From Cladosporium halotolerans (taxonomy: Eukaryota): DNA of 64,000 bases. The notes under the pieces were generated by a model. The model worked only from the letters and a program-made list of their open reading frames with translations. It made no database searches and was not told the origin of the DNA. The stretch covers positions 310,001 through 374,000 of the forward strand of contig NW_027191457.1 in NCBI RefSeq assembly GCF_011745625.1, in the 5' to 3' direction. Position numbers and translations under genes: made by a program. Shown piece after piece: positions 48,498 to 61,688 of the stretch (positions within the stretch are counted from its first letter, which is position 1; each line of letters opens with the position of its first letter).

Positions 48498-50232
48498 ATG
48501 GTTTCAGATAAGACGACTGCAGACCACGAACCACCGGTTCGTGATAATGAAAATGCTGCGACCGGCTCTCAGTCGGAGATAGATGGGAATGCGACCGGTC
48601 ACGGCGGGGACTCGACTTCTTCGGCTGGTGCGAATTCGCAGCCGGCCGCTTCCTCGTCGACGACTGCCGAGCTGAGCGCTCACGCTGAAGACGTCCGCGA
48701 TCAAGTCCAGCACGGGTTGCCTAACGATGCGCATACTCCATTGAGACCGCAGGTCGGTCAAGACGATGCCCTAGAATCGCATGCAGGTCCTGCGGGGGAT
48801 GGTCAGGACGACGGCCCTCTTGTTGGCCAGTTCGCGGACGAACAGAATCTCGAAGTGGATGTATGTCGCATTAGGGCTTGGATTTGAATCTGGCGATTAG
48901 TGATCAGATACTGACACTAGTACTAGGACGAGTTCGAGAGCGACTCTGCTATTGGCAGCGACACGTACGTGACCTGTCGTTTTGCATCAACCGTCCCGCG
49001 GCTAACATTCTACTCAGACAAAGCGCTACCACCTCGCTTGCCAGCTCCATCTACAATTATCGAAAAGAGCACGGACGTACATACCATTGTAAGTCCGTCT
49101 TGTGACGCTCATACGCACGCACGCGAAGACTACACATCCACGCAAGATTCTAATCCTTTCAAAGCCTACAAAGATGGGAAATACATTTTCCCGAACGATG
49201 AGGTGAGGATCAACTTGGCATGAAGACGTCCATGAGTATCCATGCTCATGAATTTGCAGCGTGAAGCAGATCGACTAGACCTCCAGCACCACGTCCTTTG
49301 CTTGACCTACAACAGCAAGCTCTACTTCTCGCCTCTGGGCAACCCTAAGAACGCCCTAGACGTTGGCACCGGAACAGGCATCTGGGCGATCGATTTCGGT
49401 AACACCGAGGCTTACCACGCATCTTCCCAGACCATCCCACTGACGTAGCCATAGCCGACCAACACCCAGAATGTCAAGTGACAGGCATCGACCTGAGCCC
49501 AGGCCAGCCCACCCTGTACTCACAACCCTTCCAACCACACGCAACCCCACCCACTAACAACCACCAGCGTCCCCCCAAACCTCAAATTCGTCGTCGACGA
49601 CGCCGAAGACACCTGGCTCTACCAAGACAAATTCGACTTCATCCACGCGCGCCTGATGGCCGGCTGCTTCGCCGACTGGCCCAACTTCTTCCGCCAAGCC
49701 TACGAGTGCGCCCATCCTCCTCCCCTCCTCACCCTCCCCCACTAACCCCCCACACAGCAACCTCGAACCCGGCGGCTGGCTCGAACTCCAAGACTACGGG
49801 CTCCCCGTGCGCTCTAAAGACGGCACGCACGCCGGCACCAACATCCACAAATGGGGCGCGCTGCTCTGCGAAGCGGGCCGCAAAATGGGCCGCCCCATGG
49901 GCTCCGACGTCTGCGACCACTACGTCGCCTGGATGCAGGCCGCGGGCTTCGTCGACGTGCAGCAGCGCATGTTCATGTGGCCGCAGAACGCGTGGCCCAA
50001 GGACCCCTTCATGAAGGAGCTGGGCCGCTGGAACCGCGTCAACTGCCTCGAGGGCCTGGAGGGCTTCTGCCTGGCGCTGCTGACGAGGGGCCTGGGGTGG
50101 AAGAAGGAGGAGGTCGATGTTCTTGTGGCGCTGGTGACGAAGGATTTCAACGATAGGGGGATCCATGCGTATTTCCCGATGCCGGTTGTTTTTGGCCGGA
50201 AGCCGTTCGAGAACGAGGTGGTCTTCCAGTAG
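48498..50232 (+). CDS. SAM-dependent methyltransferase, LaeA-like family
   Basis: Seven GT-AG introns. Motifs YRKEHGRTYH, FPNDEREADRLDLQH, LDVGTGTGIWAIDFAD, GIDLSP, FDFIHAR, LEPGGWLELQD and VFGRKP. Confidence 0.92.
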
Positions 50233-51072
50233 CGGTCGGTTGGTCGAGAGCGCTAGCTGGATTGTTTGGGGGTTCTGGTCCTTTTTTTTTTTTCTTTTTT
50301 TGGCGGACGAGAGGGGGTCTCGTCTGGAAACAACAATTTGAGCGAGGCGTATATCCTGTGCCGCGTTTGAGAGCGAGCGAGCGGTCTTCGGATGAGCTTT
50401 TAATATTCGGGTTTTTGTTTGGACAACATGAATGATGCTCCGCTCTCGCTCTCCCGTTCTTCTCGTAATTCACAAGCTTGCTTTCCACCGCAGGATAGCA
50501 AGACCGAGGATTGGACTAATGTAGGATGAATATCGACACTTGAGTCAACACAGACCTTGTAGAATGCTGACGTTTTTTCTAGCAGATGTTGTTGGGACCT
50601 GCCTGGATGATGTGAACAGGGATTTGAGGTCGTTTTACACGCCATATATTCTTATCACGAAATTGTTCATAACAGAATTCTTTGATAGAACTGCAGCATT
50701 GTGACACTCCCCAGTTCATTCGATAACGTCGGGGGAAAAAAAATGTCGGAGAATTCCAGACTCGGTCTGAACGTATTATTCAAAATGCCCTGGTTGCTGA
50801 CATCGTTTATGAACTTGCTGCGACGTTATCCGGACAGCCTCAGCGAAGCAATCTTGTCTATTCGAACATGATTTGAACGTAACAGAAATTCATGGGGACT
50901 AATCAGCATTGACATTGCCAATATACACCATCCTCTCGCGAAGCCCTTTCCAAATTCTTCAGCCATCGCACGAACAGTGAGCGGAATGCGCAGAATCAGC
51001 AGCCGCTGCTGAATTCGGCGTTTGCGGCGTGCAGCCAACGACTTCGGGTTCTGTTGGAGTAGAGAACGGGGT

Positions 51073-51150
51073 TGACATTTTGACTCGGCCTTTCGGATGG
51101 ACTCGACATTTGGACTCGGCATTTCGACTCGGGATTTTGACTCGATATTT
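51073..51150. repeat. 13-bp-period array of five GACTCG-core units (ATTT..GACTCG..)
   Basis: GACTCG at 51082, 51100, 51113, 51126 and 51139. Confidence 0.75.
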
Positions 51151-51570
51151 CAGAACCAAGCCATAAAGCCTGGCCTCTCGTAGCATCCCCCCACGACGGA
51201 CAACAGAAACCCAAAGCTTGAAACGGACCGGGAAGCTCAACGGTGTTCCCAGGATGTGCGGTCTGTCATCATACGGTCTTCGTCTCATGTATACATACTC
51301 TGCTCTCTCTCACAACACCAATGCACGACACCGACGCACACCTCCGCTCTATCCACCACTGAAGCCTCAAAACCCTGCAGCCACCACGGCAGGGGAGCTA
51401 GAGAGACCACCCAAATGCAACAAGAACAATGCAATGCCTTTTACTTCACAGTAATCCCAATTCACTTCATCATCAACCATCCTCGTCCTGAAACCTGGTT
51501 CGTGCTCCTTATGTCTTCATTAAACTCCTCCCTCCCACCCTCATCAAAGACCGGCAGTCCTCCGAATCCC

Positions 51571-54500
51571 CTACTGCATCTTCCCCTTCCCCTCATCCCC
51601 CTCATCCGGCAATCTGATATCCACCGCCGGCGGATCCGCCCCGTCCCCATCATCGACCGCCATCCGCGAATCCTCCAAGTGCAGCGAATCAACATACGCA
51701 TCGGACGTGTGCGGCTGCTCCGCGGCGTCTGCGTCCTCGTACTCGTATCCCGCTGCGTCGCCGAAACTGATCGTTTCCTCGAGCTCGTTCCACTGGTCGT
51801 CGGAAGCGGGCGTGGACGCCGAGCCGGCGATGGGGAGCAGGTCGTCGATGAAGCGGTCGCGGTCGTCGTCGTCGTCCTGCTCGGCGGCGGTGGAGTCGGC
51901 GTCGTCGTGATGGGCGGTTGTCGGCGGGGCACGGTCTTCTACGCTATCAAGAAGCATCTCTGCGCCGGAATCAGCATTGTTGTCCCGTCGCTGCTCGAGC
52001 GAGGCGAAGTCCCAAGCGGTGTTGCCGAAGTTGCCATACTGTCTGTTGCTGCCGCTGGGGGCCTTGAGCGGGGAGACCTCGAGGTCGTCGTCGTCCTCCT
52101 CCATCCCGATGCCCTCGTCATCGCTCGTCGCCTGAGTCGTCGGCCTCAGACTCCGCGCGGCTGACTGGCCGGCTGAACCACTTCCAGCGTCCCGGAGTGC
52201 CGTCGGACCCTGAGGTTGCAGGCCTTTGGTCGCTGCGGCTCCTGCTGCGATTGAATTGCTCGACGATCCACGCAGGGTGGAGGAAGGACCGCCGAGTCGG
52301 CCTTCCCCCGAATCGGACTCGTAGGATTCGTCGGCGGAGTTGGAGTTGGTCTGCTGCTGGGGCGGGTTGCGGAAGTCGCTAACGAGGTCTTGCAGGTACT
52401 GCGGGCCGAGGGGCTTGTCGGAGCGGCGGCGGTAGAAGAGAAGATAGGCGGCGGCGGACTTGCGGGGGGAGTCGCCGAGTTTGCTGGTCATTGAGTCTTT
52501 TTGGCATTAGCGAGTGATTCGAAGAACCAGTCATGTTAGCACTCACCATTGTAATCGTACCACTGCCCGTCGAAGAAGTTCTTGGCACAGGCAGTGTAGT
52601 GGCCACCACCAAGGCCTCCGAAGTGGTTGTCCACAGCGAACAGGTCGTAAATATACTCCTTACCATCCTCCTTCTGCCCGATCTTCTCCGTCAGATCCAA
52701 GCCCTCGATAGGGTAATCGACGAGGACATCGATCTTGTCGCGGAAGCTCCTCGTACCGCCAAAGCGCTTCAAATGCACGACGACGATGTCCGGGCAAGTC
52801 CAGATCTCGAGGGTCTTGGTGGCCTGGCGGAGCTCTTTGCAGCGGTTGCAGTACCACGCGTTGTCCTCGGAGAGCTTCTCGCGCTTGCCGGTCTCCATGA
52901 AACAGTCTTCGAGCGTGATGCCGTGCTTTTTCCGCATCTCGCGGCGGTTGCGCTTCGTCTCGGTGGCGGGGTCGTGGACCATGGGGAGGCCCTTGCCGTC
53001 TTCTTCGGACAGCCACTGGCCGCGGAGATCACCCGTGTCGTGGCGGTCGCCACCAAAGACACTGTCGAGAGCCTCCGGGAACCAGTCGAGGACGATGCAT
53101 TCGCCAAGCTTGAGGTAGAAAGTCTCGTCCTCTTGGGCTTCGGAGCCGTTGACGGAAGGCTGCGACTGCGGCGAGCCGACAGCAGCGCGAGCGCGAGCCT
53201 TCTTCATCTCCCTCTTCTCCTTCTTGCTAGGGCGCTTCTCCTTGTTCTTGCGGGGCTTGTTGCCCTTGAATTTGTTCTCTTTGCCGTTGCCACGTCTCTT
53301 TCCGGCGGCAGACTTGCCGTCAAGAGGATCAGCAGGGAGTTCGTCTGCGTCAGCTTCGCTAGCGAAGTCGACGTTCACGGCGAGTGGATCTTCGGTCGAG
53401 GCCTTGACAGAGGCATCATCATCCTCGTCACTCTCCTCGTCCGCATCAGCCTCGCCCTCGGGTGAGGATGGTCCGGTGTTGGAACCCTCATCTGCGGCCT
53501 CAGAATCCGAGCTGTCGGTCTTAACGCGAGCCTTCATGTTCCGAACAGACTTATCGTCGAAGCAGGCTGTACCAGTGCAGAACATGTTCTCACGACCCTT
53601 GGCGAAGTTCAGCGTGAAGAGCTGCTCACGGAGGACCTCTGGGATGCTGTAGCTAGGGTCATGGAATGCCTTGGGTACCTTAGCTTCTGGAGTTACGGTG
53701 CCCTCGGTAGCTTGTGCTTGCTTCTTTTCACCGTCCACGGAGACAGAGACGTATCCATCTTCAGAAGAGACCGAGTGATCGCTGACAGGCGCCGCGTCGT
53801 CTTGAGCATTCGCAGCATCGCCGTTCGTCTCGGTCTTCTCAGTCTCAGAAGAGGCGGCGCGCTCGTTCTCATGAGCCTCCATCAAGATAGGGCGGCTAGT
53901 CACTTGCGCGACAGCGTGCAGAACCTTCTTGAGAATAGCCTCGTAGTCCTGCGCCTGCTCCCGCTTGACGGTAATGTACTGGGGGTGCATGGTGGTATCC
54001 CAGCCGCTGCCGAAGCGGTTCTTCTTGCGATGAAAGATCGGCACGGCAAAGTTCTCCGCCATGTCAGAGTCCATGTCCGGGATCTCGTTCTCGTTCTTAC
54101 CGAAAGAATATCCCCCGTACGAGGTTCTCTGCGGCGGAGGAATGTTGGTTGGGACGTCGGCCAGCTCGAAGACGAAGATGTAGTCGTTGCCCTGGATGTT
54201 GGCCTCGGCGACGGTGGTGCGGTCGCTGAAGTGCTTGTACATCTTATGGTTGTACACTTCGACCATCCAAAGCTTCGCGGCGTCGATGTTTTCGTGCTTC
54301 GAGGCGATGAGCTTCTTGATGTCCTTGACGGTCAGGTGCTTCTCAAGATCGAGGTTGTGGTTCACCGGCGAGCCGTTGAAGGGCACGAAGGTGAAGTTGT
54401 GGATGAAGCTGCTTTCAATAGGGAGCTGAAGAGTAAGCGACGCGAAAGGATCGAAAGTCACGCTGACCTTGTCGCATGTAGGACACTCCATGGTATTCTT

Positions 54501-56756
54501 GTAGAAACCGCTAAAAAGGTCCATACACACAGACTCGTTACGCTTGGCGTGGTTCGATCGGTAAACATCACCAAGCTCACGGATGTATTCGGGATCCGTG
54601 ACGCGCGCATCGTCAGAGTCGGGGTTTTCCAGATACGGCTTCTTCTGGATCCTGTTCAGATCCTCATGGATAGAGTCGACCAAGTAGCTGAGGAATTCCT
54701 GGGAATCTTGCTGGCCCCAACCCGAGAACACCGGGTTCTGTGAGCTCAAAGTCTTCTTAAAATTAGTGGGCGAGAACGAGGAGCTCGCGTTGTCGCCGTA
54801 GATGCCCTGCAATACCTCCGCATACTTCTTGGCCATGATACCACCGGATCCGAGCACGTTGCTAGCGTTAATTTCGCTCTTGTACTTGTCCTGCAAGAAG
54901 TAGATGGCCAGCTCTTCCACGCTGCGAATGCACTGCAGAGCCGAGTTCATGTAACAAGTGTTTCCAAGGTTCGACAAGCCGACGGTGCCCCGAGTCTTGC
55001 CATCACGCCTGCGGCCTCTGGTCACCACATTGCTGCTCGGCGCAGGACTAGTCCGGCGTGATGTAGCCGCCGAGCTCGTCTTCGATCCGTTGAGCTTGCT
55101 TCTTGAGAAGAGCTTTTTCTTCTGGTCGGAAGAGAACTCACCGCCGGCGGGCCCGCGGGTCTGCTCCTCGAGAATGAGGGTCTGGTTTTCGAACAATGAG
55201 AAGAGTTCGATGGTGGAAGATCCGTTGTAATTAAGATTGCTGGTGTTATCAGGAAGCTCGATCTGCTCAATGTCCTTTCCGATCTCCATCTTCTGCCAGT
55301 CGGCGGCTTCAACGACTAGCCTCGTGCGTTCTGCTTGAGCGGCAGATGGCGACGTTTCGCGAGAAAGAGGGGGCGAGGCCACGCCGGGTTGGCGGTTGTC
55401 GGGCTCGTTGACAGCGATGTTGGTCGGCTTGAGAACGCGCCAGATCTGAACTTTGTGGTTGAGAGGAATGCCTGCGAATTCTTTTACGCGAGAAAGGAAC
55501 TTCTGTGCCCTCTCCTGTCGCGACGAAACAACCATCAAGGCGTCTTCAGGCTTCATCTGACCGCGCTGCCGACGCTCCTGCTTCAGCCTGAGCTCCACTG
55601 CTGCAAGCCTAGACTTATCCTGCGGTTCATTGCTGTCGTCACTCGGCTGAGGGACCTTCCGGACAAGAAAAACCGGAGGGTTGAGCTCATACACGACGTT
55701 CGGAGCGATAGCGCCATCCGGAGCGGTATTCTGTGCGTATCTCGTGATCTGCTTCTGGCCAGCCACAATGCCGTACCAGCCGACAATCTTCCCCCAGGCC
55801 TCATCCGGAAGTACTTGGAAGTCCTCTTCCATGGTCAAACCCTGCTTGAGAGGGATGAAAGGGTGGCCGTTGACATCGTGCAAGATTGGCTCAGCGAAGG
55901 CGTCCTGGGGTACGATGTCGGAGTTGTCGACGGGGCCGATCTCGCCCTCGCGCGCTGATTTGGGGTACTCGGTGCTGTTCTGGTGTTCGGTCGTCCTGGA
56001 CATGACCTTCTGCAGCCATCGTGAAGAGACAACGCTGCCCCGGTCCCCATGTTCGATGGGGGTTTGCAGCAGCTGCATGACCTCCCGCACTTGGTCATCC
56101 AGACTCGGCACGGGCGCGCCACCTGCCACTTTCCACAGCTCTCCGCTGCCGTTCTCGGCCGAATAAGGCGGTGGATCCTCAGACTGGAAGCTCGTCGCCG
56201 ACGTATTCGAAGTCATCGTGCCAGGCGCCGACGTCGCCACGCTGTTCACTCCAGTTTCCTCTTGGTCGTACAAATCGTTCGACGTCCCAGCCATAGCAAC
56301 GTCCTCGTTCGAATCCACCAGCTCGCTCCTTCCCTCCATCTCGCCCGCGCTCCTCTTCGCCGGGCTCGCCGCTCTCTGAATCTCAGCACTGCCGTCCGCG
56401 GCCTCCGCTCTCACAGCGATGTCCTGCCCATTCTCGCTGCCGGACATATCCACGCTGCTCCCGCTGTCGATCGTGATCTCCGCAAACGCGCCGCTGGGGC
56501 TCTGTCCCGCGACGGGTGCTCCAGAGGCGCCGGCAATCTCCTCCTGCAAGCGCGGCGGCAGGGCCTTGAAGCTGTTCGAGGGCGAAGCGCGGTCCTCGAC
56601 GGGGCTGGGCGGCGAGGTGCGCGGGGGGGAGGACGAGGACTCGCGCTGGCGGGCCTCGTAGGCGGCGTCGTCGAAGGCGGCCGAGGGCTCGGTGTGCTGG
56701 GATAGAGATGCAAAGGGCGCGAGCTTTCGCTTCTTGGGCGTGGACGAGGAAGCCGT
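51571..56756 (-). CDS. UBP12: Ubiquitin-specific protease, Ubp12/USP4-15 type (DUSP + split C19 domain); start probably a non-AUG codon at 56756, first ATG at 56447
   Basis: Cys box GLSNLGNTCYMNSALQC, QQDSQEF, WYCNRCKE, VHLKRF, His box NHFGGLGGGHYTA...WYDYND (intron about 52497-52546) and AYLLFYRRR. Confidence 0.92.
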
Positions 56757-57397
56757 GGCGAGCGGCCGTTAAACTGCTCTGCAACGGCGAGCAGCCCCGG
56801 ACTTTTCGGAGAGGGTTTGCAAGGAATGTTTTCGTGTCGCGGTGCAGTGTGGTGAGGCCGGGCAAGCGGTATGACGATTGCGGCGAAGGGTGGGGGATTT
56901 GCCGAACGGCCGGGGCGTACGATGATGATGATGTGTGTCGGAGAGGGTTTAAATGAGAGTCCGTGTGCCGTTTACTGGCGCGGTGGGAAGGCGGCGCGCA
57001 TGCAAAGGGCGATTCGTGAAAATGTGGGGAGGTCCGCGGTCGTGCTGGCCGGCTTTGGCTTTGGCTTGCTGCGGAGGTACGTCGTTCTGTCGTCGTGCGT
57101 GCTTGCTGCCTGAGGCTGCACAAGTAATCTTGAGCACTTCACTTCCGCCGACGAACGGAGGTATTGCGCGACGCAAGCCACGTGCAGCATAGTGAAAGAA
57201 CATGAAAATTGGAAAGTTGTCGAATAATTCACAACGTCATTCTGGTTGATGTCATCTTTCAAAGTCACACGACCTTCCGAACACCCAGTCACTCCTTCGA
57301 AGGCGCAGTGTTTCCAGTGTCACTAACGCAGTAAGGTATCTGCAACGTTTGATGAACCAAATTCATTCCTAGGTATTTCCACGTTACAAAGCTACCC

Positions 57398-60228
57398 TCA
57401 AGCCCTCCACCCCTGCACAAACCCATGCAACTTATCAATAACGACCGGCCCCCAAGCCCCCATCTCCCTCTCAATCAGCTGCGCGAAAAACGCAATCGCC
57501 TCGTCCTCGCTGCCATCAAGCTTAAACCGCTCCTCGACCTTCGTGACCGCCTGGTCGCCGAAAATCGCCAGACCCGGGATATTCGCATCCCTCATCAAAG
57601 AAAACAAATTCAGGATCAGCGAGCTGCTGCGCCGCAGAGTCGTGTACGCCGTGAAGCAGTACTGCCTGAAATTCTCGAATTGGGATTCCGAGGACGCCGG
57701 GGCGGAGCCGCCCATGCCGTCGAGCATTTCGCGCGAGAGCTTCATCAGCGGCGCCATGGGCTTGGGGTCGCGGCCGAGGATGTAGCCGTAGTCGATGTGC
57801 AGGAAGCGGCCGTCGGGTGTGATGAGGAGGTTGTCGAGGTGGCGGTCGCCGACGCCGAGGAGGTAGGTGATGACGCAGTAGCCGGCGACGCTCTTGACGT
57901 AGGTGTCCATGGCCTCCTTGCGGACGCCGAGGACGGACGGCGCGGAGGGGGAGGCCGGGTTGTTGTAGCGCAGGTAGCCGAGGATGGAGCCCTTGTACTT
58001 GGGGCTGCTGAGGATGGCGGAGACGGGGGTGCTGGGGATGAACTGGACGGCGCCGGCGAGGGTGGAGGTCGCGAGCGTGCGGTAGGGGGTGAGTTTGAGG
58101 TCGAGGTTTTCTTTCATGAGCAGCCGGTCCATGAGGGCGATGATTTGGATGACGAGCTGGTCTTGGCGGAGGTCGTCGCCTGTTTTGAACATGAGGGGGT
58201 ATTTTTCGCCGGTGTCGGTTTTGAAGTTGATGTAGAGCGGGAATAGGGAGGATTTGAAGACGTTGGCGTCATCGGGGATTGCGCCCACGATGTGAACTGT
58301 CGGGTCCAGCGGTAGAGGCAGCGGCGAATCCATGTGGACGAGCTCGTTCCTAGGATCCGCGAGGAACTTCTTAAGCTGTTCGACTTTCTTAGTGCGATCG
58401 GCTCTCGAGTTGACCACGTCCTTGCTGATCTTGCTTAGAACAGTGATGAACTCCGCCTGCCGAAGAAGAGTCTTCCTCCTCGTTTGCCCTTCTGGAGTAC
58501 GTTCCAACTCCTGCATGAAATCATAGCTCACCCGGGCAAACAATTTGCGGTTCTCAGGGTCTTGCGTGGGGGCCTCCTCGTCCATCTCAACCATGAGATA
58601 CCAGTAGAGGAAATTGCCGAGCTTGAAGTTCGCAGCCGATCTGGCAATCAAGAACGAAGCAAGCGACGAGTCCGGCTCGTGTTCGTCGCGAGACGCAACA
58701 GAGGGCTCGAACTTCAGCGCCTGCACAAGTTGCAATAAGTAAAGAAGCAGCTCCTCATCATCAGCCTTCCTAAGCCGGTCGACGGCATACCTGCGCATCT
58801 CTGGACTCCCTGCTCTAGGTCCCAGAAGTTCAAGCGCGTCGTCCACATCAATCTCGACCCACTTGGGCAAGAGAGCGATCGCTTGTCGACTTTCAGAGGG
58901 CTCGTTCCAGTTCACCGACTTGGCCAATTTCGTCAAAGCGCGCTTGTCACGAGTGAGGTGGTGCCTAAAGCGCCAGATCTCATCCTTCTCCTTATCGCTG
59001 AGCTCCACTGTAGGTCCGTACTCCAGCACCTTGTTGAGAAAATCTCGCATCTTCGGATTAGGCTTCAAGTCGCGATCGAGCGCGTTACGCTGCCCGCGTA
59101 TGAGTCGCCGATGTTTGGCTTCGGCCGGGTTGTCAGCGTAGCCGACTTCAGGGTCGTAGACCTGGATGAGTCTGGTGGTGCTGCCGCCCTCCGTGTCGCT
59201 GTTCCCATGGCCGTCCGGGTGTATGCCTGGGCCTAGCTGGACTTCTGGCGGTGGTTTGAAGTTGACTGCTCCCGGCTGCATGTGCGCGGGCTTAATGCTG
59301 CTGAGCGGAGGCGCTGGGTATTCGTGGTCCGTGAAAACGATGGGGTGGTCGAAGCGAGGAAACTCGATGTACAGGAAGAACGCCCCGTCAATGTGGTCCT
59401 TGTCTCCCTCGGCGCACAGCTGCCCGTTCGCGTTTTCCGAAGCCTTCTCCGGCACAGTCTTCGGCTTTGTCGAGTCTCGGACGCTCTGCCGCTCCATCTT
59501 CTCGATCTGCCGGAAAACCATCTGGTCCAGCCACTTGTTCTCTGTGATCTCGCCCATCTCGTGCTTCTTCATCAGCCCGACCAACCGCTCCAGCTCAGCT
59601 TCGCGGCGCACGAGCTTTTCGCTGACGACGACCGGCTCCTCGACCGTGTCCCGCCGACCTCGCCGCTTAGGCTCCCGCCAGGGCGTCGTGGTATCCGAGA
59701 AGCCGTCCGCAGCTTTATGCCTCCAGATACGGCACTTCTGACGACCCGTCCGCAGCGTCGCATCTTCGTCGTACAAGGGGATCGTCGTCCCGCCGAACGG
59801 GATATGGTGTCCCGCATCGCCTCCACTAGGGTTGATCGGCGAAAGATCCCAAAGCGTGATCGCTAGCTGGGTGTTCGCAGGCAAGGAGCTGTAGTCAGCC
59901 GGCAGCGTGAGCCACTGACCCCATACGCGGCCATGCTTAAAGTGCCTGTAGGGGGTCTGGGAGTGGACGGTGAGGGGTTTCGAGTCGGCGAAGGGCTGGA
60001 CGGTGATGTAGAGCTCGGAGTTGGAGCTGAGGTTGCTGCCGCGGTGGCGAAGGTCTGGTCGTCGGAGGAGGGTGGAGTATGGGAGGGGTTTCTCGTAGCC
60101 TTCAAGGCGGTTGCTGGGATATGTTAGACATGCGCGATGGGATGAGCTTGTCGCATCGAGTGGACCCACACCTTTATCGCAACTGGTAGATGCAGCTGCG
60201 ATGAGCTGGCGAACGTGAAAGGCTCCAT
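57398..60228 (-). CDS. VPS34: Class III phosphatidylinositol 3-kinase
   Basis: Exon 1 MEPFTFASSSQLHLPVAIK and an intron, then C2 and helical domains (LLYLLQLVQALKFE) and kinase motifs FKTGDDLRQDQL, GVGDRHLDN, HIDYGYILGRDPKP. Confidence 0.96.
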
Positions 60229-61688
60229 TTGGGTGGTGAGGTTGAGAGCTAGTATTCTGATAGACTCATTGTTGCGACAGCGACGTTGTCGCGTTCAGCT
60301 GCTGGTCATGTGAGGGAGGTTGTCATGAGTCCGAGATGCGGCTTGCTTGCAGGTGATTGCGTTGGATCGCAGCAAGCGCGAGCAGCTTGGACTTTCCCCG
60401 TGGGGCATGTCCTTTTCCCTTGGCACTTCACTTGAGCATGGATGCCACAAACACCAGTGACACAACTCAACATAGCCGTAGAAAATATTTTGAAATGAAA
60501 CAGACCTGCCGGATTCGGCACAAATATTGATAAGAACGTACAATATCATACTTTCACTCCTACTGGGCCAATGATACATTTCAAAGCTCGCGTTCAGAAC
60601 CCTTCACACCCGTTCGTACGCCCACATGACTTCTCCCAAACGCTATTACAAAAGCGACATGCATTGCTTCACGGGTGGCGCATACCAAGAGGCCATACCC
60701 TTGTGCAGAGCCGGACATCATGCACATCGGCAGCCACCTTGTCAACTCCGAGTGCAGGATGCCGGGAGGATGCGATGCTACCGTTCGGAACGTTTGCGAA
60801 TGATGGTCTTTAAATCTCAATTGCAATCCACGGTAATGGGAGACGCCCTGACAAATGCAACTGATCGATCTGCGAGCCGCATAGAACGCATAGAACAATT
60901 TCGGGGTTTCTTTCCCAAAAGAAGTCTTGGACTCGCTTAACATTGACCATGGTCGTCTTTATCAGAGTGGTGGTATTGGCTGGCTGGTAGGCGCAAGACG
61001 AGGAGGACGAGTCCTTCACAAGATCTGCTTGGGGATGGCCCTGACGTGACAAATGAGCGCCTTGGATTGGCAAGCGTGCAGCAGTCAAGGCCGTAGCTCT
61101 GCTCAATCAGGCGCAAGCACAGAGGCACGCACGAGAGGCTTTGCGGGAAATGATGGAGAGCGGCCTGGCCGAGTTCGAAGGACCTGCCCAGACACGATAG
61201 CGCATAAGCTCGTAACGAGCAGGATTGGCAGGGTCGGCGGGCTGTGGTACGATCAGCAGGCGAGTATCACCGGCCAGGATGGTCAGCCGCGGAGGGAGGA
61301 TGTTGTGCTGGGATGGAGCAGGCATCATGAGATCAGCGCATGAAAACGCTGCAGCCGTCGAGCTAGAAGTTCGCGGAGCATCCATGTAGCAGTGCAGTCG
61401 CTTCTGTGCGTCTGCCGGGCTGGCGGGGCTGTGCTGTGGTTTTCCAGAAGGCGGAGCCCGCCAACGTCTTCACCAGGCTTGGTACCCGTTCTGGAACATC
61501 TTGAGCAGGAGGAAGTTTGGGCCCGCAACAGATGTCTTGGTGGTTGAGCAGAATCTGTGTCTAGCGGGCTTGTCCCAGGACGCTGTCACACGGGCGCGGC
61601 GGCAGGGTTGCAGTGGCATGGAGGTGATCTCCGTGATGTCGGTTGGTATGGGCCTGGTATTCGGATTGTCTCCGCCAGCGGCAGCGCC

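Noticed and set aside
50282..50301. Poly-T tract after the methyltransferase stop codon
   Set aside because: This is a simple 3'-UTR homopolymer, with no retroelement body or TSD visible.
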